This document shows, piece after piece, positions 12,830-25,505 of a DNA stretch of 62,589 nt. The notes below the pieces were generated by a model, which worked only from the letters and a program-made list of their open reading frames with translations, had not been told where the DNA came from and made no database searches. Origin of the DNA: Eremomyces bilateralis CBS 781.70 (Eukaryota). Position numbers and translations under genes: made by a program. Within the stretch, counting starts at the first letter, position 1; every line of letters begins with the position of its first letter. Where the stretch lies: NCBI GenBank assembly GCA_010015585.1, contig ML975154.1; one strand, given 5' to 3'.

Positions 12830-15800
12830 CTAATACCGCCCATAATTCCGTCCCCCACCACGTTCGCCTCCACCTCCACCACCACTATACCCACCACGCC
12901 CACCACGCCCACCACCATCCTGACGCGGCCGATATTGGTCGTCCCTCCGCTCATCTCTCCTATCATTCCGTCCTCCATAACCACCGCCGCCACCGCCACC
13001 TCCACGTCCGCCTCCACCGCCTTGATACCCATTCTGACCATGCCCTCCGTACCCTCCTCCATACCCGCCCCCACCAGACGGCGGCTGCTGCATCGGAGGC
13101 GGTACCCACCCCTGCTGCGCCGCAACATGCGGCGGCGGAACACCGCCGACGAACCTCGGATCCATATGTGCCGCGAACGGATTATTCGGATTGAACGGTG
13201 GCGGCGGTGCGCCTCGTCCACCTCCACTATAGCCACCCTGCTGGCCGTAGCCGGCTTGTTGGCCATATCCGCCCTGCTGCCCATAGCCTTGCGGCGGCGG
13301 CGCGGCGTATCGATCCCTGTCGCGCTCGCGCTCATACCGGTTGTAGTTGTTATTCCCGTCCATGCCGTACTGCCGATCGCGGCCGTAGCTGGGAATGTAG
13401 GTGTCGTCCTGGGGACCGCGGTTGCGGTCGGGGCCGGCGTAGCTCATGCGGCCGCCACGGTTGTTGTCGCGGAAGGGGGCACCGCCAAAGCCGCGGCCGG
13501 TCTTACCAGCGCGGGAGCGTGTCTGAGCGATGTCGGCGTGATCGAGGGCGGGTGGGGGGAAGACGACACCGCGGAGGAGCATGGATTTGTGGAGGTGATC
13601 GGAGTGGGGCATTTCATAGTGGACGCTATGAGGTGTGTTAGCAGGGTGTAAAAGGTGCGAATGGGGTAGGGGCGAATTCTTACCTCATTGAGTGGTCACT
13701 CTCGAGATCAGGCATGCCACCAGTTGGAAGCGGGAACTTTAACTCGCTATCTGGGAGATAGTCATCGCTCCTTTCTACCTTGCCGAGAAGCCCTTCGCTA
13801 ATCTTCGGATCGAGTTGATGTTCTTCGGTTCCTTTCTTGCCATACAAATGCGTTGTCGTCTCTTCATATAGGGGATGCTTGCCCGAGAACATTAGAACCT
13901 CTTTCCCGAACGCATTTCGCCGATGCTCGTCATCAGTGAGTAATGGGTACTTTGTATTCATCGCGGCAAGTAGCCGTTCTGCGTCAATGAATGGGAGGAG
14001 CGCAACGCCTTGCCATGCCCACTTCTTCCCGTTCAGGTCGATGGGGAAGTCCACCGGGTAGAAGTCGAGGATGTCGCTGTCTTCGTTCGTCATCAGCTCG
14101 CGGAAGACTTCCGGGATGGCGTGGTTAGAGGCCGCCGGAAGCACGCCCATGAGCTGCTCGTAGGGTCGGAATGGCGTGCCCTTTTCGAACTTGATTTCCA
14201 ACTTGCCGAGATCGACGAAGTCGGCTGCAAATGGGGCGTAATGATAGGGGTAATACCAAGTCCATGAAGCACATCCTTGGAAATAGTATCGGAGGACCCA
14301 GCATAAGCCTTCAACGTAAGCGTTGGCAACTTTGTGACGGAATTCGATGTCTTTCGGGTCGACTTTGAATTTCTGTTCGTAGTAGCGGTCTGCGTAGCCA
14401 GTTTCCCATAATCGGACATTGTCTGCGTTCGGGTCTACCTCTTCTGCTTCAGTCTGATCTTGGGACTCGGATGGCGTGCTTCCGTTTCCTTCAACCAGTT
14501 CTGCCTTTCGCTTCCCTAAGGCAGATCCAGGAGCGGTGGAGTCTGGTGTTGGGGGAGCAGACTCCTCCTTGGCTTGGTCGTCTGCACCGTTGGATAATGG
14601 GAGCTCGGGAGTAGAGACGGACTTGCGAAGTAACTTCTCCCTCAGCACGGCAGCAGCACTTTTGTTGGCGACATTTGCTTGCTGAATTGTCGGACCCCTG
14701 CTAACAAAGTCGTCGTGGGTCATCGTCAAGGCGGCTCGACGTTCACCGTAATCAGCTGGACTGAAAGTGTTGAGTTGGTCGATGGTCGGAACACCTGGCT
14801 TGCCACGTCCACGGCCACGACCGGCAGGTGAACCGTTGCCCTCATTGTCCATTCGAGGTCGCTTACGAGCTTCTCGTTCTTCATTCCGTCGCTTTTCCCC
14901 AGCAGCACGGCGGTCTTCGTTCTCTTTCCTTCGTCGGAAGATTGCGTCTTCTTGTTTCGCGAGACCTTGGAGGATGAGCTGAGCTCGCTCCATATCCACG
15001 ATGCCGTCCTTGGTGACATAACCTCCCATGGCCGGGATGTTGTCGCGCCAAATGGCAATCAGCGTGTCGATGCCTTGCTCACGAATATCCAAACTCGGTA
15101 AATGGGGCAGGAAATCGTTGCCAACGAAGAAGCACATGAAGACCCAATCGTCAAGTGCTCGTTCCAAATCAAATTTGAAACTCTGATGAGGTACTTCGAG
15201 TTCCACCTTCAAGTATTCCCGCAGTATAGAAACGTGAAGCCAAATAAACGGTTTTCTAACCACCCCGCTTTGCTTCTCGTCGAACTCGCCGTCCTTTTTC
15301 TTGACCTCTCCTCGGCATTCTGCAGCCATGTGACCGGTCTGGCCACAGATTTTGCATGTCCTCGCCTTCTTTTCCTGGAAGAAGACATCCTCACGCAACA
15401 CGCGGAAATGCGGCTCATGGGTGGCTAGCCCAAGCATGATGAGATCAGCATCCAATCCGTAGATGACATGGCGGGTATTCGGATCGTGGTCTTGCTGCCG
15501 TCGTTGGGATCGGATGAACTCCATGATTTTGTGCTCTCCTTCCCCAGGAACAGTCGCGTCAGAAATAATAATTTTCAGCTTCGCCCATGCCGGGTCGGTG
15601 TTCAGTTTGTAAGCAATCCAATATCGCAGGCTGGCTGCGAGGATATCCATGAAAGGAGTGCCGGGGGTGATGGCATTACTATCCCAAGTCTTCTTGTGGA
15701 TTGACGCCAGAACATCCGGCGGTACCTCGCCTCCATGTTGTTGTTTGAGCAAACTAAGGAATTCCAATTTCTCCTCATCTTTCTCCTGGGCTTCCTGGGC

Positions 15801-16328
15801 AGAGCGGAAACGCCTTGATCGTTGCTGGTTCATCTTCGCACGGGGGGCGACGCCATCTAGACTATGTTAGCAGAAGTTCGTGAATCGCGTAGAACCTAGA
15901 AGAGAAAAGAAAAAGCCGTACCTCCCTTAAAGACGCATCGATGTAGTAATCTAATACTGCACTCGTCCTAAAGGGAGAGGCTTCACTCCATAGCAGCATT
16001 CCCACGCCGAATCTAACATACCGACTGCGATCATCAACAACTTCCTCGGGCGCACCATGTTCACCACGCGCTCGGTATACTTGAAAATCTCCATCATCAT
16101 CTCTTCCTCATCTGCTGGCGCCGGCTTGTCCTCGGGATGTGAACATGGATGGACAATGCCATTCATGTCCAGGTACAGATTGTCGAATTCCTCGCCATTC
16201 GGGTTGACACCTCGAGTGTCGGGGGGGATTTCGACTCCATCGACTTCTCGCGGATGTTCTTCGATGACCGGAGATATGATCTTGGGGTACTTTTGCGAGA
16301 GCCAGCGAAAAAGGGCTGGAACACCCAT
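12830..16328 (-). CDS. RAT1: Nuclear 5'-3' exoribonuclease 2 (Rat1/Xrn2/Dhp1)
   Basis: Exons 16328-16022, 15856-13684, 13625-12830. Motifs [73 protein letters not shown], a CCHC knuckle [14 protein letters not shown], and a Gly/Tyr/Arg-rich tail. Confidence 0.97.
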
Positions 16329-16998
16329 GGTCGCGGTTGAATGCGCTGCTCAGAGGTTGCGCTTCGAGTGAAGTCAGGGAAGGCTACTTCGATGGTACCA
16401 TGCGTCGCAAACGGTATCGTCGTATGGTATACGTGAACTGGCTGGCGCGATATCAAAATGCGTAACACGCGTCTGAAACAGGGTGTGATAGTGTTCCAAG
16501 CGGTGGTTCGTTGTGAATGGTTCGAGATGGATGGAAACCTGCGCGAAAGTTGAGGCTTGACGTCTTGAAGGCGACGAGCGGAAATCTCTTAGGCATCAGT
16601 CGCCTTGTTGCCTAACAGTTGATACGATTCTGATTCGGGTAGGCGGTAAACGCCATATGTGCAGAATAATGCCTTGCTGCCTTACCGATATTTCAGGTCG
16701 ACTGGAACCACCACATGTGCAAAATCAAGGGTTCCTTAAGAAAGTCCACAAGACATCGTGAGATATTGGAGCATTGGACCATTCGAAATTTGGCCGCATT
16801 GGACTTTCAATCCTTCATCTTACTCAGAATTGGCCTTCTGTGAATGACTGCCAAGGAGCATACGAGTTTGTTCCCAACTTTGACAACGCAACAGCGAACC
16901 AGCCACATCTCCCTGAACTGCAACGTAGCTTCGACCTCCATGCCTCGATCACGAACACTGCCTTTCTTATAGTAGAGAGCTTGTGAGAAGGCGACGCG

Positions 16999-19900
16999 AT
17001 GTTACGGGTGCTAGAATCCCAGGCTCCGCCGAAACAAACGGCAACTGATACCATCAACACGCTTAGCGGTCGCTTACTCTCCGCCACTTTGTTAGAGGAC
17101 CGCCGAGCAGCTATCCTGGGCCTCCGAAGCTTTGCCAAAGAGTATCCTGCGTCTGTAGCATCTGGAGCATTACGGGGCTTGATTAGCAGCCTGACGAAAG
17201 ATGCCGAAGATGTTGATACCCTAAAGATTGTTCTGGAGACATTGCTCATGCTCTTCAGACCCAATCATGACTCTGTACGCATTTCCCCTGGAACATTTCC
17301 ATGAAGATACTTACAAGTACCTTCAATAGCCAGAAGCCTCGGATGACATAACCCTCTGGCTCGCTGATGAGTTTACTCAAGTATGATCAAACCTCCGTGC
17401 CCGTCTCGCTGGTACTGAGCTTATATTAGCGGCAAGATAACATCACCCTCCTCCTCGACTTCCTTGAAACCAGCGACTTCTATTCACGACTATACTCGAT
17501 ACAATTAATATCGGCAATACAAGAAGCAAGACTGGAAAGAACGCAAGAATGCATTTTGTCGGCTCCATTAGGGACCACCCGGCTGGCATCCATGTTGAAA
17601 GACCCCCGAGATGCTGTCAGAAACGGTAAGTCCTGGACGGTATTGTAGCAGTTTCTTGCATCACCGACTAATCAACCCACAACTACAGCCAGCATTCTAT
17701 TACTCACCGACCTTACCACATCCTCAAACGAGCTCCAGAAGCTTGTCGCTTTTGAAGGGGCGTTTGAGCAACTATTCGCCCTCATTGACGAGGAAGGCGC
17801 TCTCAATCACGGCGGGATTGTTGTCCAAGACTGCCTGTCCTTGCTCGCGAACCTTCTACGACACAATTCGTCCAACCAATCACTCTTCCGCGAAACCGGC
17901 TGCATATCGAAGCTCGGTCATCTATTGCCTGAAGGCCCATTGAGAACACAGAAACGTGCTCCGCAGCCGGACGAGGAGGAGGAGGAGGATGATGATGCGT
18001 TTCCGAATCCACAGCGGGATAAGAATATCTGGGGAATTCTCGCGGTTCTGCGTATGTTCCTTGTCAAGGGAAGCTTAGGCACGCAGCAAAATCAGAACGC
18101 TTTCTTCAAGAACGGATTGCTGCAGCAAGTTCTGAATCTTGCCTTCAAAGAATCAACTCTTCCTCGAATTAGAGCGGAGGTAAGGTTTGAAGATTGTTAT
18201 ACATAGCGCCGGGACTGACACTGAATAGGCCCTCAGTACGTGCGCCGACATGATCTGGGGTAATGCCCCCCTGCAGGAACATTTCGCGCAATTGCTTGTC
18301 ACCCCGTTCATCTCGTTCGACTCATCGCCTGATACTCGAATTGCATCACCGGCCGACAGTCTCAGAGCCCCTAATGGTACGTCCAGGACGCAGACTCCGA
18401 ACGGCCAGCCAAGAAAGACAAGTCCGCAACCGATCCAGCAAGTCTACGTCATTGAAGCACTCCTTGATCTCACTCTCCGTGTCTCCACGACGACTCTATT
18501 CGACGTCCGATTTGCCGCGGCGGAATGCATCAAAGCATACTTCTCTCAGCATACGCAAATCAAAATGCACTTTCTCAACCGTGCAATCGATGGCTACAGT
18601 AGCGGCGAGGACGAGACCGCAAACGTGGTCTCAATCCTCATGCAGAGAGAAAGCCTGGGCTCTTCGGGGACCGTACGGACGCACATAGATCCTTATCGGC
18701 AGTGGTTTGCCGCGGTGCTTCTCTTTCACCTCATCCAAGACGACCCAGACGCAAAAGCGCTGTTACAGAGTGTGAAGTATGGCAATAGCGAAGAGGGCGA
18801 GGAAGAAGTCACGTTCATCCAAGAAATTTCGGGACAGCTGATATACGACGTGCAGCAAAATGCTGGTGCGGGAGCTTCACGGGAAATCATGGGCTACCTC
18901 ATGCTGCTTTGCGGCTTGCTTTTCGAGGATGGTGTCGGCGTGAACGACTTCTTGAGCGAGGGCAGCACTCTCCAGATACTCATGGCCTACACTTCACGGG
19001 CGCTGGGCGGTACCGCGACTGGCGGTTTTGATGAGCACACACTCTTACGTGGAATGTGTGCTGTATTACTAGGCATCGTGTATGAGTTCTCCACCAAAGA
19101 CTCTCCGTTGCCTAGAAGAAAGCTTCAGTCGGTGTTACTGTCAGGCCTTGGGCGGGAGAAATTTCTGGATGCTCTCAACCAGCTGCGCCAGCATCCGCTG
19201 CTCAGAGATTTCGAAGTGTTGCCTCAAAGTTTGGGTTCGGTCCCTCCAAATTCAGGTACCCAACCTGAAGTATTTTTCGACAGCGCTTTCGTCGAGTTTT
19301 TGAAGGATACTTTTATCCGAATCACCAAGGCGATTGACCGTGATCCTGGCATGGAAGTCCAAGTCACGCATATCGAAGGCGTTGATCGCGATATCCTCGA
19401 CTCTCTCAGGTCCCAACTCGAAGACAAAGCAGACGCTCTCCAGAAGTCGGAAGATCGCGTGCTGGATCTCGAACGAAAGCTCGACCAAGAAATTGCCGGG
19501 CGAAGAAAAGAAAGCGAGACCGCATCCACCGAAGTCACCCGAGTCAAGAACATCAACGAAGCCCTCCAAACAAACCATGAATCCGAACTCGACCACCTCA
19601 CCACCGACTACGAACAGCGTATCTCCACTCTGGAATCCCAACTCGCCGCCCAAAAGCACGATCTCGAAAACCAGATGCTCCACCTCCAGAAGAACGCCTC
19701 CGATGAGGCCGCTCGCGCCAAAGCCACCACCGACCGCGAACTCGACGCGCTCCGCCGCACGAACGCCGAGCTGGAGCAACGCGCCAAGGAAGCGGAGTGG
19801 AACAGCCAGCAGATCAGCAAAGCCGTGTCCGAGCTCTCCGCTGCCGCGAACAAGACGCGCGATAACCTCACTGCAGCGAGACATAGCCTGGAGCGGACTG

Positions 19901-20319
19901 AGCGGACACTGAAAACCCGCGAGACGGAGTTGGCGGAGGTGAAACGGGAGTTCGACGAGCTGAAGGAGACGAGCGCAAAGGATGTAGATGCGATGCAGAC
20001 GGTACAGGCGGAGTTGGACGATCAGCGGGCCGCGAAGGAGGACGTGGAAGGGAAAGTGAAGACGTTGGAAGCGGAGGTGGAGGAGACGGAGCAGAAGCGG
20101 AAGGAGGCGCAAACGGAGTTGGATGATTTGTTGATGATCTTGGCGGATCTGGAGGAGAAGAGGGCAAGTGACAAGGTATGTGTGAAGACCGCCTGCGTGG
20201 AGTGCCGTTTTATGGACATGGTCGCTAACCTTGAGTAGAAGCGATTAAAGGAACTTGGTGAGGAGGTCTCAGATGCGGAGGATAATGAGGACGATGAGGA
20301 TGAGAACGAAGTCGACTGA
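16999..20319 (+). CDS. USO1: Vesicle tethering protein Uso1/p115
   Basis: Exons 16999-17274, 17330-17380, 17430-17625, 17689-18179, 18229-20175, 20239-20319 are all frame-consistent. Armadillo-like head (ATLLEDRRAAILGLRSFAK, LQKLVAFEG, IVVQDCLSLLANLL), long coiled coil, QTELDDLLMILADLEEK and an acidic tail. Confidence 0.95.
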
Positions 20320-20644
20320 GGAGTCATTGACGCTCTTCTCTCCAAGACGTCTAGCGTTTGCGATCACTGCACAGCAGCATGTCCCATGTACGGCTCGGTG
20401 GAGGATCTCCTGGAATTAAAACGGATTGCGCCAGCCAGAGTCTCCTCATCATGCACTGAAGGATGGTCCTCAAGGGGTACTAGCAGCTGAGGGACCTATT
20501 TCATCACTTGTAGACGGCCTCAGCGAGGGTATTTAATTGAACCAGTTATACAAGCATCCATTCTGGTTAGATGGCTCATTAGACTGCAATATCAAACCGT
20601 CCCGTGTTATTTCCTCTCTTCTGAATGAAGGAGTAGGTAATGTG

Positions 20645-20684
20645 TGAGTCACCAACCAGGGTCGCCCCTCGTCTGAATGACTCA
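20645..20684. promoter_or_regulatory. Two Gcn4/CpcA (cross-pathway control) consensus sites upstream of ILS1
   Basis: TGAGTCA at 20645-20651 and TGACTCA at 20678-20684, about 130-170 nt before the IleRS ATG. Aminoacyl-tRNA synthetase genes are typical Gcn4/CPC-1 targets. Confidence 0.65.
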
Positions 20685-20814
20685 ATGCGGAGCTGCCAAA
20701 ATTTCCGCACCACCACCCTGCGTACTTCCAACCCACTCATTAGACACTTACAACCTTCATCTCTACCTTGATCCGTTGTCGTGCTATTCAGGACCGCTTT
20801 AGTGTCCATCGAAA

Positions 20815-23800
20815 ATGTCCATCAACTTTCCTAAGGAAGAGGAGCGCATCCTCGCCTTCTGGCGAGAGATCTCCGCCTTCCAACGACAAGTCGAGCTCTC
20901 CAAAGGCCAGACGCCATACACCTTCTACGATGGCCCACCGTTCGCGACGGGATTGCCGCATTACGGCCATTTGTTGGCGTCGACCATAAAAGACATCATC
21001 CCGCGATACTGGACGATGAAGGGCCACTATGTGGAGCGGAGGTTCGGATGGGACACGCATGGCGTGCCGATCGAGCATGAGATTGATAAGAAGCTAGGGA
21101 TCTCGGGACGGGATGCGGTGATGAAGTTTGGGATTGAGAATTACAATGCGGAGTGTAAGGCGATCGTCATGAGGTTGTCGACGGAGTGGAGGCAGACCAT
21201 TGATCGTTTGGGTCGTTGGGTCGACTTTGATAATGATTACAAGGTGAGTGACTCGATGGAGGTTGCATCCGAACCGCAAACTAATTACGCTCTTTAGACG
21301 ATGGACAATACTTACATGGAGTCGGAGTGGTGGTGTTTCAAACAATTATGGGACAAGGATGCGGTTTATCGAGGACACCAGGTCATGCCATACTCGACCG
21401 CTCTCACCACACCCTTGAGCAATTTCGAAGCCTCCCAAAATTACAAAGACACTCAAGATCCCGCGGTCGTGGTTTCTTTCCCGCTACTAGACGACCCCAA
21501 CACCAACCTCTTGGCCTGGACGACCACGCCATGGACCCTACCTTCACACACCGGGCTTTGCGCTCACCCGGCCTTTGAATATATCAAGCTATTAGACGAG
21601 GCGTCAGGGAAGCACTACGTTTTACTAGAAGGGTTGCTCAAGACTCTGTACAAGGATCCTAAGAAGGCGAAATTCAAGATTGTGGAGCGGTTCACGGGGA
21701 AAGACATGCTTGGTTGGAAATACGAGCCCCTGTTCGACTACTTCTACGAGGAGTTCAAGGATGTCGGTTTCCAGGTGCTCAACGCCACGTATGTGACGGC
21801 AGACAGCGGTGTTGGCATAGTCCATCAAGCACCAGCATTCGGTGAAGAGGATTACAAGATTGCCATGGATCACGGCGTCATAAACGAGAAGCGACAAGCG
21901 CCAAACCCTGTCAACGACGAGGGTTGTTTTACCGCCGTAGTCAGCGATTTTGCCGGACAGCACGTCAAAGCAGCGGACAAAGCCATCATCAAACACCTCA
22001 AAGGCAAGGGGCGTATAGTTGTCGAGAGCCAGATCATGCATAGCTATCCGTTCTGCTGGCGGTCAGATACGCCATTGATCTACCGAGCGGTGCCATCATG
22101 GTTCATCAAGGTCAAACCGATCATCCCACAACTAATGAAGAACATTGAGGGGTCGCATTGGGTACCCAGCTTTGTGAAAGAGAGGCGATTTGCGAACTGG
22201 ATCGAGAACGCCAGAGATTGGAACGTCTCGAGAAATCGGTACTGGGGTACTCCTATCCCTCTTTGGGCGAGCAGCGACTTGAAGGAGGTGATCTGTGTGG
22301 GAAGCATCCAGGAGTTGAGGGATCTGAGCGGTTATAAAGGCGACCTCAGCAACCTCCATCGTGAGGTTGTGGACAAAATCACCATACCCAGCAAGCAGGG
22401 CAAAGGCGAGCTACGGAGAGTGGAGGAAATCTTCGACTGTTGGTTCGAGTCAGGAAGCATGCCTTACTCATCAAAACATTATCCCTTCGAGAACGCGGAG
22501 GATTTCAAGGACGGCTTCCCGGGCGATTTCATCGCAGAGGGCCTTGACCAGACCAGAGGATGGTTTTATACTCTTGCAGTGCTGGGAACCCACCTTTTCG
22601 GGACATTGCCCTTCAAGAACTGCGTCGTCAACGGTATCGTTCTTGCAGAGGATGGCAAGAAGATGTCGAAGCGACTGAAGAACTACCCCGACCCAACTCT
22701 CATGATGGACAAATACGGATCCGACGCACTTCGACTCTATATGATCAACTCTCCAGTTGTCAGAGCGGAGCCACTCCGTTTCAAAGAGTCAGGAGTCAAG
22801 CAGATTGTCGGCACCGTTCTCTTGCCTCTATGGAACAGTTACAATTTCTTCGACCAGCAAGTCTCTCTCCTCAAAAAGATCGAAAACGTTGACTTCCTCT
22901 TCAACCCCGATGCTGAGAAAACCAACACCAACGTCATGGACCGGTGGATCTTGGCCTCTTGTCAGAGTCTCCTCAAGTTCGTCAACGAAGAAATGGCAGC
23001 CTACAGACTGTATACCGTCGTTCCCCGGCTACTCCAGCTCATCGATAACACCACGAACTGGTACATCCGATTCAACCGACGTAGACTAAAGGGCGAATTT
23101 GGCGTCGACGACACCCAGCATGCGCTCAACACCCTCTTCGAAGTCCTCTACACTCTCTGCCGTGGCCTCGCGCCTTTCACGCCTTTCATCACCGACAACA
23201 TCTACGAACGCCTTCTCCCATTCATCCCCGAGAAAATCCGTGCCATCGATCCACGAAGCGTCCATTTCCTCCCGTACCCTCAAGTCCGCGAAGAGCTTTT
23301 CAACCCCGACATCGAGCGACAGGTTTCGCGCATGCAAACCGTCATCGACCTCTGCCGCGTCTGCCGAGAGCGACGGACCATTGGGCTGAAGATGCCGCTG
23401 AAGACGCTCGTGGTGATCCATCGCGACCAGCAATATCTGGATGATCTCAAGAGCTTAGAACAGTACATCTCCACGGAGCTGAACGTCCAAAACTTGGTGC
23501 TAAGCAGCGATGAGGAGAAATATCACGTGCAGTATTCCTGCAACGCTGATTGGCCGACGTTAGGCAAGAAGTTGAAGAAACAGGTCCAGCTAGTGAAGAA
23601 GGCTCTACCGAAGTTGACCAATGCCGATATCCGAGATTACCTGGCAACAGGGAAGATCACAGTCGACGGCATCGAGCTCACCTCCGAAGACCTCGTCGTC
23701 CGTCGCGGCATCGCCGCCGCCGAAGGCGACACTACCCAAGAATTCCACACCGACAACGATGTCCTGATCATTCTCGACACGCAAGTATACCCCGAGCTCT

Positions 23801-24108
23801 ACGACGAAGCCCTCGCACGGGAGATCATCAACCGGGTCCAAAAGCTGCGGAAGAAGGCCGGGCTAGTTCCCACGGACGACGTCGGCATGGAATACCGCAT
23901 GCTCGGTGACCCGGAGAGCACGGGCATCGAGAAGGTGTTCGAGAGCCAGTCAGCGGTGATTGAGAAGGCGTTGCGGCGGCCGATGGATCGGCATGTGGTG
24001 ACGGAGGTGGAGGGGGTGATTCCGGAGGGAGTGGCGGAGAAGGTGATTGCGGAGGAGGAGCAGGAGGTGCAGAAGGCGACGTTTTTGTTGCGGTTGGTGA
24101 AGTTGTAG
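20815..24108 (+). CDS. ILS1: Cytoplasmic isoleucyl-tRNA synthetase
   Basis: Exons 20815-21243 and 21298-24108. Motifs YDGPPFATGLPHYGH (HIGH), WTTTPWTLP editing motif, AEGLDQTRGWF, KMSKR. Confidence 0.98.
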
Positions 24109-25505
24109 GGAGCTGAATGGACGGGAGGTCATGCTGAGAAGTGGATGTTGTGTTCATTAAAAGTTCCTGGTAAAAGGGAGAACTGGATAGAGAAATGCAA
24201 TGACATTGAAGATTAGTCTATCCTTTTGCCCACCAACTCCATTATCCATACGCCGTACTCTCCATAGATCCTCATCCCCACGGCTTTTTCTGATGTACCA
24301 CGGCCAGATCCTTCCATTCATTCTGTCCAACTTCCAGGCATCGGAATCTTCAGGGGCTTGTCACCAGCGACTTTCTTTTGCTTCGCCAACTTCTTTTTTT
24401 TGCTTTCTAGCGAATTGCTCGTGGTTGAACTCGCACTGGTGAACTGAACACGGCCAGTTGGGCGGATCCCAGCGAAAACGATGGCAACCATCTGAAATTC
24501 CCTCGACATACTAGTCGGAATGTGGACAGATTGTGTGTGCGCATGGATAGAACGGCCAAAGGTCGATAAAGTTGCCGTATGCATCATAATGACAGAAACT
24601 ATCGTGCGCCCTTCAGGGCGTCCGACGAGAGTGTGTACCGCAGATGACAAGAGATCAAATAGGAAGTAGAAGATTAGAAGTATCACGCGAGAGAACTTTG
24701 AGAAGAATAACTCAACAACATCGAACATAAATCTTGCTGTCGCTTGAGAAGAAACATGGACTTGGACCAAACGCCTCGAAGAACGCCTACCTGATAACAT
24801 CGCAAATACGGCGGGGATGTCTCAGACCAGATTATTCCGATCGAACTGAGCACAAGGCTGCGCTTCACCGCCCAGCTGCTGTATTGGTGGAAATCCATCT
24901 TGGGCATTGATGTTGATAAGGCTGTGGGAGGAATATGGAGGGCTGTGAGATGCGGAAACGATGTGGTGGATGAACTGGATGGACGGGAGGTGTGAGATGT
25001 TGAGGTTTGGCTTTTGTACAGCGGCTTGAGGTCACCTTGAAAGGTTGCTGGGGTCGTCTACATGGTACAGATATCTACGACACAATCGTCCACAAGGCCC
25101 GGCATTGTTATAAGCATTGGTCACTAGTAACGGATCGAAGTCTCAGCTTGCTGTCCAATTAAAAAAGATGCTTCTCAGCATCTTGAATTACTTGCTATAT
25201 ACTATGCAGTCTGTTCACCATCCTTCAAACCATCTTTCTCACGGGGCGTCATACCACATCACTGATGTGAGCCACACAACCTGCTATATACAGCCTGCGA
25301 CTGCATTCCCGTCGCCAGAACAAGGTAGGCCCGAATCCAGAACCATACTCCGCCCATGAAACAGATGATATCAACCCACGCAACGCCATCGCCATCCCAT
25401 CCTCATGAGTCATGAGATATCCCGTATCAGATCAACCGATTACGCCGTCCGTCTCCCAACCGTCGTCACGACCCTCCTCGCCCAAGGCCCGTAAATTCTC
25501 ATCCA

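Noticed and set aside
19252..20112. 286-aa antisense ORF opposite the USO1 coiled coil, and similar shadow ORFs over RAT1, the RING gene, ADA3, CYK3 and chs
   Set aside because: Same GC-rich codon-bias artefact; all overlap well-supported genes.
24318..24907. Minus-strand ORFs (160 aa and 74 aa) between ILS1 and the RING gene
   Set aside because: I could not join them with frame-consistent splice sites, and they show no known motif; a lineage-specific gene cannot be excluded.
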